Numbered from the stretch's first letter, positions 12,484 to 28,027 are shown. The stretch is 64,000 bases of DNA from Octopus sinensis (GCF_006345805.1 NC_043000.1:110484001-110548000); one strand, 5' to 3'. Translations and numbers: made by a program. The notes: a model not told the origin generated them from the letters alone.

Positions 12484-12485
<2 letters not shown>
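12290..12485 (-). mobile_element. PLE pLTR-like repeat (same family as 23900-24110) with a decayed hammerhead
   Basis: Minus strand GTTT TGGGAGA A GAGC TCC GCTC GAAACGTTAAC followed by the same CTGAGCGTC..GTCCCACATCC tail, ending near a TA/CA run. Confidence 0.65.
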
Positions 12486-12546
<61 letters not shown>

Positions 12547-12756
12547 GTGCATGTATGTATGACTGAATATATATGCCAAGCCTAATTGTGTTTAACCGCA
12601 CCGCTTATCTTCATATCAGCTGGCACTCAATTCCCATACAGTTACTCTTGATGCCTAGGACCCATTCCTGGATGAAGAATTAGGGGTTTAAGTTCGAAGT
12701 ACGTATTTTCTATACTGAGCACGACTAGCCCCCCACTTATTACCTGTATACATAAG

Positions 12757-12844
<88 letters not shown>

Positions 12845-13232
12845 AGAGAGAGAGAGAGAGAGAGAGAGGGAGGGAGGGAGAGGAGAAATATATACATACC
12901 GAGATAAAATGAAATGGTGAGAAATTAATGGTGGAATTTCAGAAGAATCTGCCGGAGATATGATATTCTACTTATATAGTGTGAATATATTTAATGAAAA
13001 CATCGAGGGGGTTGTCAGACAGAGTAATACAGACGTTTTATTCACCACAGCTTCACACAGAAATTTATCTTGATGGCCATTACGATCAGGTTAAATGAAA
13101 TAAATCCGTTGAAATCAATCCTTGAATTACAGTTATCAGTCACCATTTAATCATTGCGTCAATGTGACGACACACACACATATATTTATACACACTCACA
13201 CACACACACACTCACACACACACACACACACA

Positions 13233-13283
<51 letters not shown>

Positions 13284-13483
13284 CACACACACACGAACAT
13301 ACAAAATACTTCCCTATCTCCCCCACACACATATCTACACATATTCTTATATTAACTGTTTTCTCGCAGTTCAAATTTCACGCCACCGTGATGTATGTAT
13401 GTTTGTATGTTTGTTAGTGTAAACATGTTCGTATGTATGTGTGTGTATGTATATATATGTGTATGTGTGTGTATGTGTGTTTT

Positions 13484-13517
<34 letters not shown>

Positions 13518-13645
13518 AATATATATATATATGTATTATATTATATGTATATATATGTATATATGTACACACATATACACACACATATATGTGTGTGTGT
13601 ACATGTATACTGTATATATATATATATATATATATATCAATATAT

Positions 13646-13682
<37 letters not shown>

Positions 13683-14185
13683 CAATATACATAGATACAT
13701 ACCTAATGGTAGATATATGTAAATATATGTGTATATGCGTGTACTTTTACAGCTATTTACAATGAATATACAGACAAGGAAAGATAAATAAGTGAAAAAA
13801 TATATTCCTGATACACTCCAAAGCCAAAGTTCCCTTGTGAATTTGGAGAGTCTGCTGGGAACTGTGGTTCGTTCAGTGTTTTTTTTTTTATAGAATCTGA
13901 GTTCAAGAGATTCAATGGCGTTTGATGGAAGACTTCGGAATTGAAGCGGCCGATACTCTGCATGGGGCTTCTGAATACATGATATTTCTCTCCCACCTAT
14001 CTATCAACTTACCTACCTACCTACCTACCTATCTACCTACCTACCTACCTACCTACCTACCTACCTACCTACCTACCTACCTACCTATCTATCTATCAGT
14101 AAATTTATAGCTTTATCTGCTTCCTGACCCATCGTTCCGAAACAAAGTTATATAATATATATGTGTGTACATATTGTATATATGT

Positions 14186-14233
<48 letters not shown>

Positions 14234-14314
14234 GTGTGTGTGTGTGTATGTGTGTGTGCATATTTATGTATGTACGCTTGTATGCATATATGTATGTATG
14301 TAAATATGTATGTG

Positions 14315-14385
<71 letters not shown>

Positions 14386-14417
14386 ATATATATATATATA
14401 TATATGTATATGTAATA

Positions 14418-15389
14418 CACAGATATGACAGAGGTAAATAGACACCTTTATAATCATTAAAACTTATTTAAATCTGAAATTATGCATTCAAATTATTTAT
14501 CAATTTTTATAAAGTGAATGTTTAATATTTAGTAGACATGCTCTTTGCATTTTTAGGCATGTTACTGATCAAATGACGAATATTCTCTTGCAGAATTTCT
14601 TGTGAAGTTTCATGCAGTAATCTGAATAAATCTGGATTTGAAGATGCATTCTTGTGTGTTTTACGAAGTGTCCTGTCTATTATGTCCCAGAGGTGTTCAA
14701 TAGAGTTCATATCTGGGGACTGTCTTGGCCATTAAAGCTTTTTAATGCCATTCTAAAATAAAAAAATCTCGGGTCATTTTAAGCGTGTGACAAGGATCCA
14801 CATTCGATCACTGTAAAAAAATACAGCAAATCTGGACTCATCACAGAATATGAGTGTCCCAAAATGCTTGTGGCCACTCCAGCATCTCACTGACCCAATG
14901 TTTTCTCCGCTTGATGTTGACTGGTCGAAGAGGTGGCTTCCTTCTTGCTGCTCTGCCATAGTAACCAAGTTTGTGGAGATACCTCACAGCTGTTCTGGGA
15001 CTGGCATCAACGTGTTCTGCTATGTCAGAGGCCTAGCAACGAGGATTATCTTCCACACTTCTCTTAGCAAAGATAAGGGTCCTGTCAGAGGGCCTCGGTT
15101 AATCTGGGTGATGTTGACTCCTTCCCCACTCTATTAACTGTAGAAAGTGGAATCCCAAGGTTTTCTGCGATGTTACGCTGACTTTGTCCACCTTCACAAT
15201 GACCCACAATACGGCTTCTTTGAAATTCAGACAGTTCCAAGGCATCTTTTGTACATGGAGAAATTAAGCAGTCACGTAGAAAACCTGAAACAAAAATGTC
15301 AATTAATAAAAAAATATAAACCTATAAAATTAGAAGAAAAATAAAAACGATGTTTTATGGGGTGTCTATTTACTTCTGTCATATCTGTG
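14418..15389 (-). mobile_element. Internally deleted Tc1-like transposon with both TIRs
   Basis: 29-bp TIRs CACAGATATGACAGA(G/A)GTAAATAGACACC flanked by TA. Minus strand gives [21 protein letters not shown] and WPRQSPDMNSIEHLWD motifs. Confidence 0.9.
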
Positions 15390-15802
15390 TATATATGAAT
15401 ATCATATTTATATTTATGTGTGTGTATGTGTGTGAGTGTATATGCATGCGTGTGTGTCCGTGTGTATATACATATACATATATATATATATCACATTTAA
15501 CCCCATCGTTGTATAAACAGAATACCCTATTCTACCCGTTCTCTCTGGCATTTTTTCTCACTACACCCCGATAACTCACCTGACTACGGAGATACCCATA
15601 TCACTTACTCAAGAGAAATAAGGAAATAGTAACGCAAACGCACTCCCGGGCACATCCACGAATATATACACACATGCACACAGACATTCACGCCTTTCTC
15701 ATTCAGAGACATGAGTGCATGTGTACGTACTTACATACGTAAGTATGTATGTATGTATGTATGTATGTATGTATGTATGTATGTATGTATGTATGTTACG
15801 CA

Positions 15803-15850
<48 letters not shown>

Positions 15851-16168
15851 ACATGCATTCTTCATACATGCATAAATACATACATACATACATACATACA
15901 TACATACGTACACACACACACATACATACATACATACATACATACACACCTACATACATACATGCATACATACGTACGTACGCACATAGACGCATATCCA
16001 TTACATTATGTGTATCCAATCCACGCCGGAGTATTCAGTTATCCATTGGATCGCGAATGGATTGATATTTTGACTTACAGAAAAATGTATACCCGTGTGA
16101 ATTTCATACACACATACATACATCTTATGTACGCGTGTGTGTGAGAGTATGTGTTTGTGTGTGTATAT

Positions 16169-16205
<37 letters not shown>

Positions 16206-16280
16206 CTATGTATGTATATGTATATGTATAGATATGTAATTATAAAAACACACACATACATACATACCTATTTATCTATC

Positions 16281-16339
<59 letters not shown>

Positions 16340-16895
16340 ATCCATCTCTCTGTCTCTCTGTCTGTTTGTCTGCCTGTCTGCCTGACTGTCTGCCTGCCCC
16401 CCCTCTCTCTCTGTTTATATATCTATATCTATATGTATACACACACATATTTATAGATAAATATATAGATAGATACATACATACATATATACATACATGC
16501 GTATATTCGTACATACTAACGTACATATATACATACACATATACATATATACGTACATACATGCATTAACACGTACATAATATGTACTTACATAGACACA
16601 TCCATCCATCCATCCATTAATACACATACACACTCCTGTATTTAGAAAGCCTCTCCTATACATTTGCCTTAAGTTACAGATATAGACTTAGGCACTCAAA
16701 CTAATAATAATCTCTGTGAGAAATTAATTCACAATTTTATTCACGCTCTGTTTCCCAGTTCAAATAATGTGCAACTCGCTGAAATATCCGCCGGAGACCT
16801 TGTAATAGTTAGAAGAGCCATTGTTTAAGTATCCTTAGTACCCATGTGTACAAAGGACATCTATCAGCCCGCCGCTGGTCCAACTGCCAGAGGCG

Positions 16896-17058
16896 GTCAG
16901 CTGGCAGAATCGTTAGCGCGCTGGGATATAAAAAAAAAAATGCTTAGCGGCGTTTCGCCTGTCCTTAAGTTCATCTTTTCGGGAATGATGAAATAAGTAC
17001 CAGTTACGCACTGGGGTCGATGTAATCGACTAGACCCCCCTCCCCGAAAATTTCAGGT
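16896..17058 (+). mobile_element. SINE family A, internally deleted
   Basis: Head GCTGGCAGAATCGTTAGC and ..AAATAAGTACCAGTTACGCACTGGGGTCGATGTAATCGAC; the B-box region is missing. Confidence 0.7.
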
Positions 17059-17147
17059 CTCCTCCTCCTCCTCCTCCTCCTCCTCCTCATCATCATCATC
17101 ATCATGATCACCACCACCACCACCACCACCACCACCACCACCATCAC

Positions 17148-17182
<35 letters not shown>

Positions 17183-17272
17183 CCACCACCACCACCACCA
17201 CTACTACCACCACCACCACCACCACCACCACCACCACCACCATCATCCTCATCATTATCATCATCATCATCG
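17058..17272. repeat. Compound trinucleotide microsatellite (CCT/CAT/CAC)
   Basis: Direct reading; explains the poly-R/M/V/T/I ORFs. Confidence 0.95.
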
Positions 17273-17655
17273 GTGCCCTCTATTTTGGACTGTTGAACCC
17301 AAGATCAAGCACTAGGAGGCGTTCTTCTCCCATAAACAGTACAAATGCTAATTTATATTATCGTCACACCAAATACTGTAATGGAGCTGAGGACGGAAGA
17401 GCAATTACTTTGAGTCCTAAATACCTAAATTCAGGTCAGAAATCCTGACCTCTCGCCATATAACAGTGCCTGTCTCTTATGGCACCAATCCTGGCATTTC
17501 TTATGATTACTGCTGCCACAAGAGATGGCGAACCACGCGATTTGAAGTTAGTTCAGGTTTTTTTGACCTGGATTTGAAATTAATAGCAACCACTTTTCCG
17601 CTCTGAACTATAAGATATTTATGTAACCAAAATTCACACGCGTACGCTGCGCGCG

Positions 17656-17714
<59 letters not shown>

Positions 17715-17967
17715 GCGCGAGGAGAGATATATTGATAAACGTTTGTTTATAAAAGGGAAAATACAAACGGATAAAAATACTCGATTCATAAAGTAGAGCT
17801 GTGACGTTGCATATTTTAGTAAAGCTGAGACATTCCAAAGCATTCTTACTTTGAATGTTACGTTGCCGTACGTGATGTGTGTGTTAACAAAACCTGCCCG
17901 ATGAACGGGATCGGGAAACTCTGACCAACAGCTTTTGTTATATTTTCTGCTGCTTTTAATAAAGTGT

Positions 17968-18004
<37 letters not shown>

Positions 18005-18079
18005 ATATATATATATATTATATATATAATATATATATATATATATTGTTGTGTGGTGTGTGTGTGTGGTGTATGTATA

Positions 18080-18111
<32 letters not shown>

Positions 18112-18621
18112 CAATATATTATATATATATATATTATATACAATATATACAATATAATATATATAGATATATATATTTAGTGCATATTTATACAAATATT
18201 ATGTGTATAAATATGCACTATATCGTATGACTAATATATAGTCTTCTTGACTAATTTATTTGCACGTTAGACCACTGGAAATAATGTAAATAATGTAAAT
18301 TTTGATTGAATATTTTAATTTTAATTAAATTCCATTTCCCTTTGATATGATTAAACATTATATATATATATATATATATACAACATATATGTATATAAAC
18401 ACACACAAAACATACATACATACAAGCGCGCGCACACATAAACACACGCACACACTGACACACACATGCACACACGCACACACACAAATCTCTGATATTG
18501 AATAAAATCTTCAACGCTTTTTGCGCGCGTATTAGTAGTTGCAAAGAACTGACCCGACTAAATTTGATGCCTACATAACCGGACTGGCGACTCTGGTGTT
18601 TCTGGGATTGGTCAAACAGAC

Positions 18622-18677
18622 ATAAACACCTCTGATGAGCCCCCAATAAGGGTCGAATATCGATAAAGGCTGTTTAT
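18622..18677 (+). ncRNA. Hammerhead-like motif with U15.1-A16.1 swap
   Basis: AUAAACACCU CUGAUGA G CCC..GGG UC GAA UAUCGAUA A AGG C UGUUUAU: 10-bp helix I with one bulge, canonical CUGAUGA, palindromic helix III. Confidence 0.55.
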
Positions 18678-19140
18678 CAATTTTAAAACCTTCCATGTAA
18701 GAGTTAACTCTGACATGTTTGTCTATTACGTAGGTTTATATATACATACATACATGCATGTGTGTGTGTAAACCGGTTTTGTTCGAGCGAAGGCCACAGG
18801 TCTGAAGACACTCCCGTGTCATTCCTTATAAACGCATTCAACCATCAGTTGCTCTTTCAAATAAAAAAAAATGAAATATCTAATAATTGAAAGCTATGAA
18901 ATTGTGACAAAGTTTTTGCCGGCAACATCGTTAAGTTATGGATTTTTTGCCTCTTTATTTCTTTTTAATTGACATTCCAACTCGGCAATTTAGCATATTT
19001 ATTTAATAGTGAGGTCATGGTCTTATTTAGTGCTACGACATTATTTAAAATATTATTGGAATGTAGATGGTACTTAGTATCAAGTGTGGTGTATGGTGTC
19101 ATGGTGTACAGTGTCTTGGGCGTCATGTATATGATGTGAG

Positions 19141-19536
19141 GTTGTTGTTGTTGCTGTTGCTGTTGATGTTGAGCGAACGGTCTTCGTCCCAGAGCTCGCA
19201 AGATGGGAGACGTCCGAAACGTGGTCCTTTGCTATTCGTAAAACTCGCAGAAGAGAAAACAGGTCAACCCCCGACACCGAGAGCATCGACGGATGGATGA
19301 ATGCGCATCCAGGCTCAGCGGTTGCGTAGGAAGTCGGGGACAAGAAACAGGAAGAAAGAGTAAGAGAAAGTTGGAGCGAAAGAGTACAACAGGGGTCGCC
19401 ACCACCCCTGCCGGAGCCTCATGGAGCTTTTAGGTGTTTTCGCTCAATAAACACACACAACGCCCGGTCTGGAAATTGAAACCGCGATCCTCCGACCGCG
19501 AGTCCGCTGCCCTAACCATTGGGCCATTGCGCCTCC
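19141..19536 (-). mobile_element. tRNA-derived SINE family T, variant with a different 3' half and (CAA)n tail
   Basis: The 5' ~190 bp match 1-245; the sequence then diverges. Confidence 0.75.
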
Positions 19537-20204
19537 ACTTGTTGTTGTTGTTATTATTGTGTGGCCCTCACCCCTCAAGTTCTCCACGATGGAATGGTGT
19601 GAGACCGATGTGTGCTCCCTACTCATCAGGTCATCTCCCATAGGCTGGTGTGAGATTATTGTTGCTATGGTTGTCGGATCCACACTCCTCAGGTCAGCTA
19701 TGTTTGAATGGTTTGAGGCTGTTCGTGTTGTTGTTTGGATCCTATCATTCAGGTGCACCACGATAGACTTACCCCTTTGAACAAAAGCTCCCAATCCGTT
19801 ACCATTCCGTCTTTTTTATGGAAATTAGCGTCAGGTATACATTTCCGGGTTAATGAGAATTCAGAAAGATGCAAGATTAGACTTGGTAAAGATGTCGTCA
19901 TTTGCCACGGACGCTATGAGGCACAGCCAGGATTTTGAACAAGAGATTCTTTATTAATCAAATGGTTCCACCATAACCGGTCTAATTTACGGAAAAAAAA
20001 CCCCAAATTAGATTTGGCTTTTGTATTTGGTTTGCATGATCCTTGGCGTGAACTCATGTGTTGAAACAGGTTTTGTTGTACCTCGGAGAGTAGGAGAGGA
20101 GGTCGGCGTTTCCGAGAAACAACAAAACTATAATATACATTTGATAATTATATTTGCGTTGAGCTGCCAAGGTTCGTTCGAACCTATTCGATCTCTACGA
20201 CCAT

Positions 20205-20375
20205 GTATTCGTTCATTCTTTTATTCTGTTGTCTCAGTCGTTGGACTGACGCTGTGCTGGGGCACCGCCTCGAAACGTTCAGTACAATAGATCGATACCA
20301 GTCTGGTACTTATTCTATCTATCTCTTCTTGTCGAACTACAAGTTTACGGAGAAGTAAATAAACCAAACAGTTAG
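20205..20375 (-). mobile_element. 3' half of CORE-type SINE family B
   Basis: Reverse complement of the family B 3' module (..GCGGTGCCCCAGCA..GACTGA..). Confidence 0.6.
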
Positions 20376-21282
20376 CGAAAACACGGCAGAAGCTATTCAA
20401 TTATATTCAATCGTAAGTAATGGATGGAAGCGCATTTCTCAAATGGTCTAAAGTTACGAAAAGTAAACCGGGAAGAGCGTTTACGTGAAAAGGATATCTG
20501 ACAAAGAATAACAACAATCCATCGTCAGAGGCGCCAGGGGTTTTGTCTTTGGCCCTCGCAGGCCGTTGGAGACTGATAACAGATCGATCCTGTTAAAGAC
20601 TAACGGCCACGAGAAAAACATGGGCAACGAAAGGATTTCGGAGGACTGACGTTTTGAAGGTGGGGGAATTGATGGGGAAGTTAAAGTCATTTGAGACCTG
20701 GAGTAGACAAAGTTTATGTGGAATGAGAGAAAATGTTTGGAAATATTTGAGATGAAGCGATATGAGAGCCACGACAACCGCAGAGTATTTGTGTTTAGCA
20801 GTTGAAATATGTGACAAACATATTTCAACTAACCCAAATTGTGAATATATATATATATATATATAAGAAATCTACAGACGGAGAAGGACATTCTATTACC
20901 ATGTTCTTAATGATGAAATTAACCTCTCTGTCTATATATCTACCCTCTTTGCAATGTTGGCAAATAAAATAAGTATAAAAATGTACATTGTCCATTTAAT
21001 TAAAAAAATTCTATATGTAGCTGAAGATTGCTCGATATTTTAAAACTGATGTAATACTTACAGTGTTTAATAAAAGTAGCATGAAACGATTGTACTACAC
21101 TACCCTGGTTATCCTTGTTGCTTATTTTGATTATAATCACCCCATTTGATTTATATGGATAATACCATACCAAATTCTGGTGCCTTTAACTTAAGTACCA
21201 TATCATCTGAATCTAAATTTTGCTGAACTTATATATATATGTATATATATAGATTATATATATATATATATATAATAATATA

Positions 21283-21315
<33 letters not shown>

Positions 21316-21412
21316 CTATACCCTCCTTCTTCTTCTTTCCTGAGCGTCCAATAATACTTTATTTGTTCCCACATCCTTGCGTTGTTGTCTTTTTGTTTTC
21401 TTGTTTGGATTA

Positions 21413-21463
<51 letters not shown>

Positions 21464-21504
21464 ATATATATATTATATATATATATAGATATATATATAT
21501 ATAT

Positions 21505-21557
<53 letters not shown>

Positions 21558-22558
21558 ATATATATATGTATGTTGTATGTATGTATGTATGTATATATAT
21601 ATACATATATATTGTATATATGTATGTATGATGTGGCTTTTTGTGCTTGTTTTTGTTCCAGCATCACCAGTGTTGGTTTGTTTACGCTTCTGTAACTTAA
21701 CGTTTTGACAAAAGGAACCGGCAGAAGTACCAACCTTTAGAAAATAAACAATAGGTACTGGGGTGTCGATTTGTTCGACAAAAAACTTTTCAAGGCACCG
21801 CCCCTCCCCGCCCCAATCCTTACGGCTGTTGTCCCGTAACTGAAACAACTAAGAGTTAAAGAATACTAAAATTTAAGGAATACAGGAATAAAAGAATGCC
21901 ACGCCGCAACGCACTAGTTATACATGACACATGAACTTGTAGAGAAAAGTGAAATTATGTAAATATAAAAAAGAGGAGAAAGAATGAGCTGAAGGGAGTG
22001 TCACGTTTCCGTAGAAAAATATCGTTACTAAGAGAGAGAAAGGAAGATATCTACGTACGAGTTATCTAGAAAATATGTCTGAAATTCCATCTAACAATCG
22101 GAAGTGATGATTTGATAGGAGTGAACCGAGAATGTATCGTGATAGGCATGAGACAGAGTTTTTTTATTTGTTTATTTATTTGTTTATTTATTTGGTTTGT
22201 TTATTTGGTTTGTTTTATTTGGCTTTCTTCGAATAACCGTCAGGGAAAAAATATGGAAACAATTTGATGTGGTTGCATTTCTAGTAACATGACTAGGTCT
22301 GGTTTTATTGTTGTTAAGGTCGTGTCAAGTATTTGAGTTTGTGTGTGTATTGTTAGGATGTATATATATGTATACGTGTGTATGTTTTCTGTGCATTGTA
22401 TGAATTGTATGTATGTATATGTGTACGAGTATAGATGTACTCACAAACATTAAAATATATACGCACACATAGGTAGAAATATATAATTCATATACGCATA
22501 TGTATATATATATGTGTATATGTATAAACATGTGTGTAATTATATATATATAAACACG

Positions 22559-22622
<64 letters not shown>

Positions 22623-23155
22623 CGCACAGACACACATATTTATATGTATGTAAGTATCTATATAAATATATGCATACAGAGAGAGCAAGAGAGAGAAAGA
22701 GAAAGAAATAGAATGATCGACCGATCGATAAACAGATAGATAGATAAATAGGAAAATAAATACATCGATCGATAGATAAATAGATTGATCAATAGACAAA
22801 TAAATAAAAATAGAGCTATTTTTACAATTGTTACTTCCCACTTCTCTCAAAACTACAATATAATAATGTTACGTATAAAAGCTACACGTCTCTGAGGATT
22901 TGACATCTTACTTACGTAATTTACAGTATGTAACTAATAACCATATTTTGTTAATGAAACGTACGCAAAGTGGTGTAAATATCTTATAAACAAACTCTAA
23001 CAGTTTATTTTATTTTCTACTTGTATTCCATGAAATATTCAAACTCACTTTCATGCCGAGACCAACTGGAAAAATAAGGAAAAATACGGAATGATACGAA
23101 CCGGAAAAATCACGAAGTTTTAAATAAAGTTTATTTCTCGTGCAATTACAGTTTT

Positions 23156-23157
<2 letters not shown>

Positions 23158-23230
<73 letters not shown>

Positions 23231-23620
23231 CGCGCACACATGTACAGGAACACACATATACCTCCACACACACAACCCTACGTACATACACACACATATA
23301 CATACGCATAGGAACACACGCGCACAGACATACAGACACACATGCACGCACACGCACATGAACGCACATGTACCTCTCACTCACACAACACACACTCGCA
23401 CATACACGCACACAATTACACATACACGGGCATACACACATGGACATACACACATGGACATACACACACATACACTCACGTACATGTATACACACGTACA
23501 CACACGCTCACACACAGAGGAACGCACATATACCTCCACACCCACAGAACCCCCCCCCCACACACACACACGCGCACAAACACAGACGCACGCACACACA
23601 CCACACACATACATACACAC
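23158..23620. repeat. Long degenerate (CA)n-rich simple repeat
   Basis: Direct reading; source of the many H/T and C/V ORFs. Confidence 0.9.
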
Positions 23621-23899
23621 ACAGACGCATACTTCAAACTGCCAGTCAAACACCTTTCTACTGACCATTTCTCTTCGCACACGTGAAGAGACACACAACT
23701 CCACAAAAGACCACCACTCCTGTTACCATGCTGTTGAATTCTTCCTACAACATTATAGACACACTCACACATACACATATAAACAGTCAACACCGCACAC
23801 ACACTTGCGCGCACGCACATACCAACACATACTCACACTTACCTCGTCTTACACTCTCCTGTCTTAGAACGAACTTTTTCTTCACCCATTCCCTTCCGG

Positions 23900-24110
23900 T
23901 CATTTCAAAATGTAACCTCATGTGGATCGTTGGCGATTTTTTCCCTCGTCTTCCTTTTCCTCTTGGACTTTCCCCCAACTCCTGTTTCTGAAGAAGAGCT
24001 TTGCTCGAAACGTTAAACCACCTTTCTTTCCTTCTCTGAGCGTCTGCTAATTCTTTTCATGTACCACGTCCTCACATTGTTGCTTTTCTCTTATGTTTTT
24101 CTTCTTTTTT
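23900..24110 (+). mobile_element. PLE pLTR-like repeat carrying a minimal hammerhead
   Basis: Related pieces at 12290-12485 (-), 21325-21415 (+), 48590-48690 (-) and 48968-49030 (-). Confidence 0.65.
23984..24018 (+). ncRNA. Minimal type I hammerhead ribozyme (dimer-type helix III)
   Basis: GUUU CUGAAGA A GAGC UUU GCUC GAA ACGU U / AAAC. Canonical core, 4-bp helices I and II, palindromic ACGU, GUU site. Confidence 0.7.
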
Positions 24111-24145
24111 TTATTATTCGCACACACACACACACACACACACAC

Positions 24146-24181
<36 letters not shown>

Positions 24182-24689
24182 GATCAACTACCCTGTCGGC
24201 TACCTTAATAGTTCGGTTAATATAGTGATTTTCACCCGTTAACAAAAAAAAAAGAAGAAACAGCCTGCTGGGTGTTAACTGTGTAGAAAACGAATATGAT
24301 AAAAAAAAATTGCGCAAACGAACCTGGGGTGGGGTGGGGAGAGGATTTGGAAAAATTCCCAAGATCCGATTTTTCCGTCATAACTTTCGGGAAAATGGAT
24401 ATATATTGATTTTTTTTACGGAATGTGATTTTTGAAATTTTTTTCTTCTGAATCGGATCGTCTATAACCAAAAACGTGAGATTCCGTAGCATTAACTTGG
24501 GCGCAGTCCAATGACTGAGACAAGTCATTTGAAAGATTAAATCGCTCAAAGTAAAATTAATGAATAAAAACAAAGAGCTATAGACACTATAGTTCTTTGT
24601 TTTTATTCATTAATTTTAGGGTTTTGCGAAGAAATGACTGGGCGTGGGGGATTCCCAAAGCGGCCGTGATTTTCGTAGAGGCAGGGGAC

Positions 24690-24895
24690 TGATTTTCAAG
24701 CTTTGGTACAAGGCCAGCAATCTCGGGGTAGGGTGGGTGTTGATAAGTCGATTACGTCTGGTATTTTATTTTATCGATCCCGAACAGATGAAAAAGTCGA
24801 CCTTGGTGAAATTTGAACTCAGAACGTAAAGAAGAACCAGACGCTGTCAAGCATTGTGCCCGACGTGTTAACGATTCTGCCAGGACTCCGCCTTG
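24690..24895 (-). mobile_element. SINE family A, diverged
   Basis: Reverse complement of the family A head and Meta-like core. Confidence 0.75.
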
Positions 24896-25120
24896 TATAG
24901 GAAGGCGATTGAACAGCATTATTTTTCAAATTAATTATTCTCATGAAGACTCATGGCCTTAATTGTACTATTTTTTTTAGTATGGATTGGATTATTTCAT
25001 AATTCTATGATAGCGTATGATCAGTCAGGGCATTTTGTGTATCATAAGACAAGTGTAGATGCAAAAAAGAAAAAAAATATGGCAACATTTTAACAAAGGG
25101 AAAAAAAAACTACGAACATA

Positions 25121-25835
<715 letters not shown>

Positions 25836-26369
25836 TGTCAAACCTGGTGCCTTTGTATCAAAATTACAAAGCTTTTATTTCTCACCGATTACGAATTCTT
25901 TCATTCTCACGACAGCCATTTTGTACGCTCGTAACACCAAAATGTCCCCAAAGTCGGTCGCGCTAATTATAATTTCGTATCTCCATCAAATCTTTCTATT
26001 ATTCCTAAAACCACCCAAACGGCAAAAGTGGTTTCGGAATCCACTTGTTGTCTGGGATTGTTGTTTGTGAAACAAAACAAGAGAAAAAAAAAGAAAGAAA
26101 AGAAAAAAAGAAACAAAATGAGAGTCTGAAGACTATTGTTTGACCATTCTGCCGAATAATTTTGACAGGAAGAATTATGACTACAATGATTTTGTTGTGA
26201 CTCTTGATTGCTCTAGAGAGCAGGGAGTGTACATACATATTTACATGCATACATACATACATACATACATACATACATACATACATACATACATACATAC
26301 ATACATGTATACATACATATGTGTGTGTATATATATATATATATATATACACCGATATTTTAATGTCTC

Positions 26370-26416
<47 letters not shown>

Positions 26417-26418
26417 AT

Positions 26419-26452
<34 letters not shown>

Positions 26453-27028
26453 TGTATGTATGCATCATGCTTAATGTCCATATATAGACCCGTCTATAAT
26501 TGCCGAGAACTAAAAATATCTGATATTTGTACTCAATCTCTTTCTTTTTTTATTAATCCACTTTAATTTGAACGCAGAGTTGCATTAAATTGAATCCAAT
26601 CCAATTCGGTGTACAAAAGCCCGTATTCCATATTCATACTCTATAAATTATCTACTCTTTTATAAATTCCATGTTAATTCTCTATAAATTCTTCACTTTG
26701 ACCTAAACATTCACACATTACTAATGTCATTCTCGATACAGAAAGGAAAAAAAAAAATGAAATTTGAAACCAGCTAAGTTACTGTAAATAAATCTTCTTA
26801 AAGACTCCGAGTTCATTTTCAACTTCATTTCTCAATGCATTTGCTCGTTTCATATATATTCATATATATGTGTGTGCGTGCGTGTGTATTAGCTTTTTTA
26901 CAATTGGTCTGGAAATGATGAATTCTTAAATCCATGTCTCTCAAATCCTTCATAGTCTCATTATGAAGAATTGAATTGAATATATTTAACGTCTGTATTG
27001 TTTTCTACGTACTGATTGATTTCATATG

Positions 27029-27065
<37 letters not shown>

Positions 27066-27860
27066 ATGATGGGTCTTCTCATGGCCTGTGGTTTTTACTG
27101 CGATTGTCTTGGCTCCCTCGATATTCACAGTTCTATTTTGATGGGACATCAAACGTTAGTGGGACTTCATCCATATTTCTTATCTGGCCCAGTTCAAAAG
27201 GAGTTTTTTTTGTTTTGTTTTTTGAGCAGCTATAGCAAATTCATGGAACTACTCTTTTATCATCAAAGTCAACTGGCATTCTCTGTGCAATTGGTGCTTT
27301 TGTACGCATTGACAAACCTTCCCGTTTCATAAACCGATTACACCATCCTTCTGTTCCAATAAAGTTCTGAATCCCCTTTTTATTCACCAACGAATTTGGC
27401 CTCTTTCTTTATCATTTTAATTGATTGTACCTGAAGTTCTTGCATCTACTTCCCACGCTTTTATTTCCTTCTCAATTTCAGGCCAGCGCGGAGCTGAGTC
27501 ACGAAGGTTATGGTTTCCTTTCTTCGCTGGCTGTAGTTTATTTTCTTGCGGCCGCCAGAAACGTACCATTTTCTCAGTAGGAGTTGGGCCAAAATACCGT
27601 ACTACTTGCTCTGCTTCCATGCTCTTTAGCGTAGTCTGTTGCTTGAAGCTTGTACCGAACTGTGTAGCTTAACCTCTTTCTTCCTGTAGGCACATCCGTA
27701 TCGGTAAAATCCAGAAAATAAAACAAATCCGTAACGACCTGTGTCTCGTGAGCAACTGAACGAAGATCTCGTGTCATCTCTCATATAGCGGACGATTCAA
27801 TAGATGGCAGCACACGCCTTGTAAACAAACGTGTAAAGCGTTTTAAGACGCCATTACAGA
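27066..27860 (-). mobile_element. pogo-like (POGK-type) transposase remnant, 3'-truncated
   Basis: RKRLSYTVRYKLQATDYAKEHG..YFGPTPTEKMVRFWR..WPEIEKEIK..GWCNRFMKREGLSMR..NMDEVPLTFDVP..GAKTIAVKTTGHEK, i.e. Brinker-like DBD, CENP-B HTH and the start of the DDE domain, with frameshifts. Confidence 0.85.
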
Positions 27861-27973
27861 TATCGGGCAATAAAATATCGATAATAACAACATACATAAT
27901 AATTATAATATTAGCTATAGTCATCGTGATGATGACAATGAGATGATGATAAATAATAATAATAATAATAATA

Positions 27974-28027
<54 letters not shown>

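Noticed and set aside
19180-19240. GGA-GACG-TCC GAAACGTG hairpin resembling a hammerhead 3' half
   Set aside because: The upstream core is CGCAAGA, position 17 is G, and there is no helix I.
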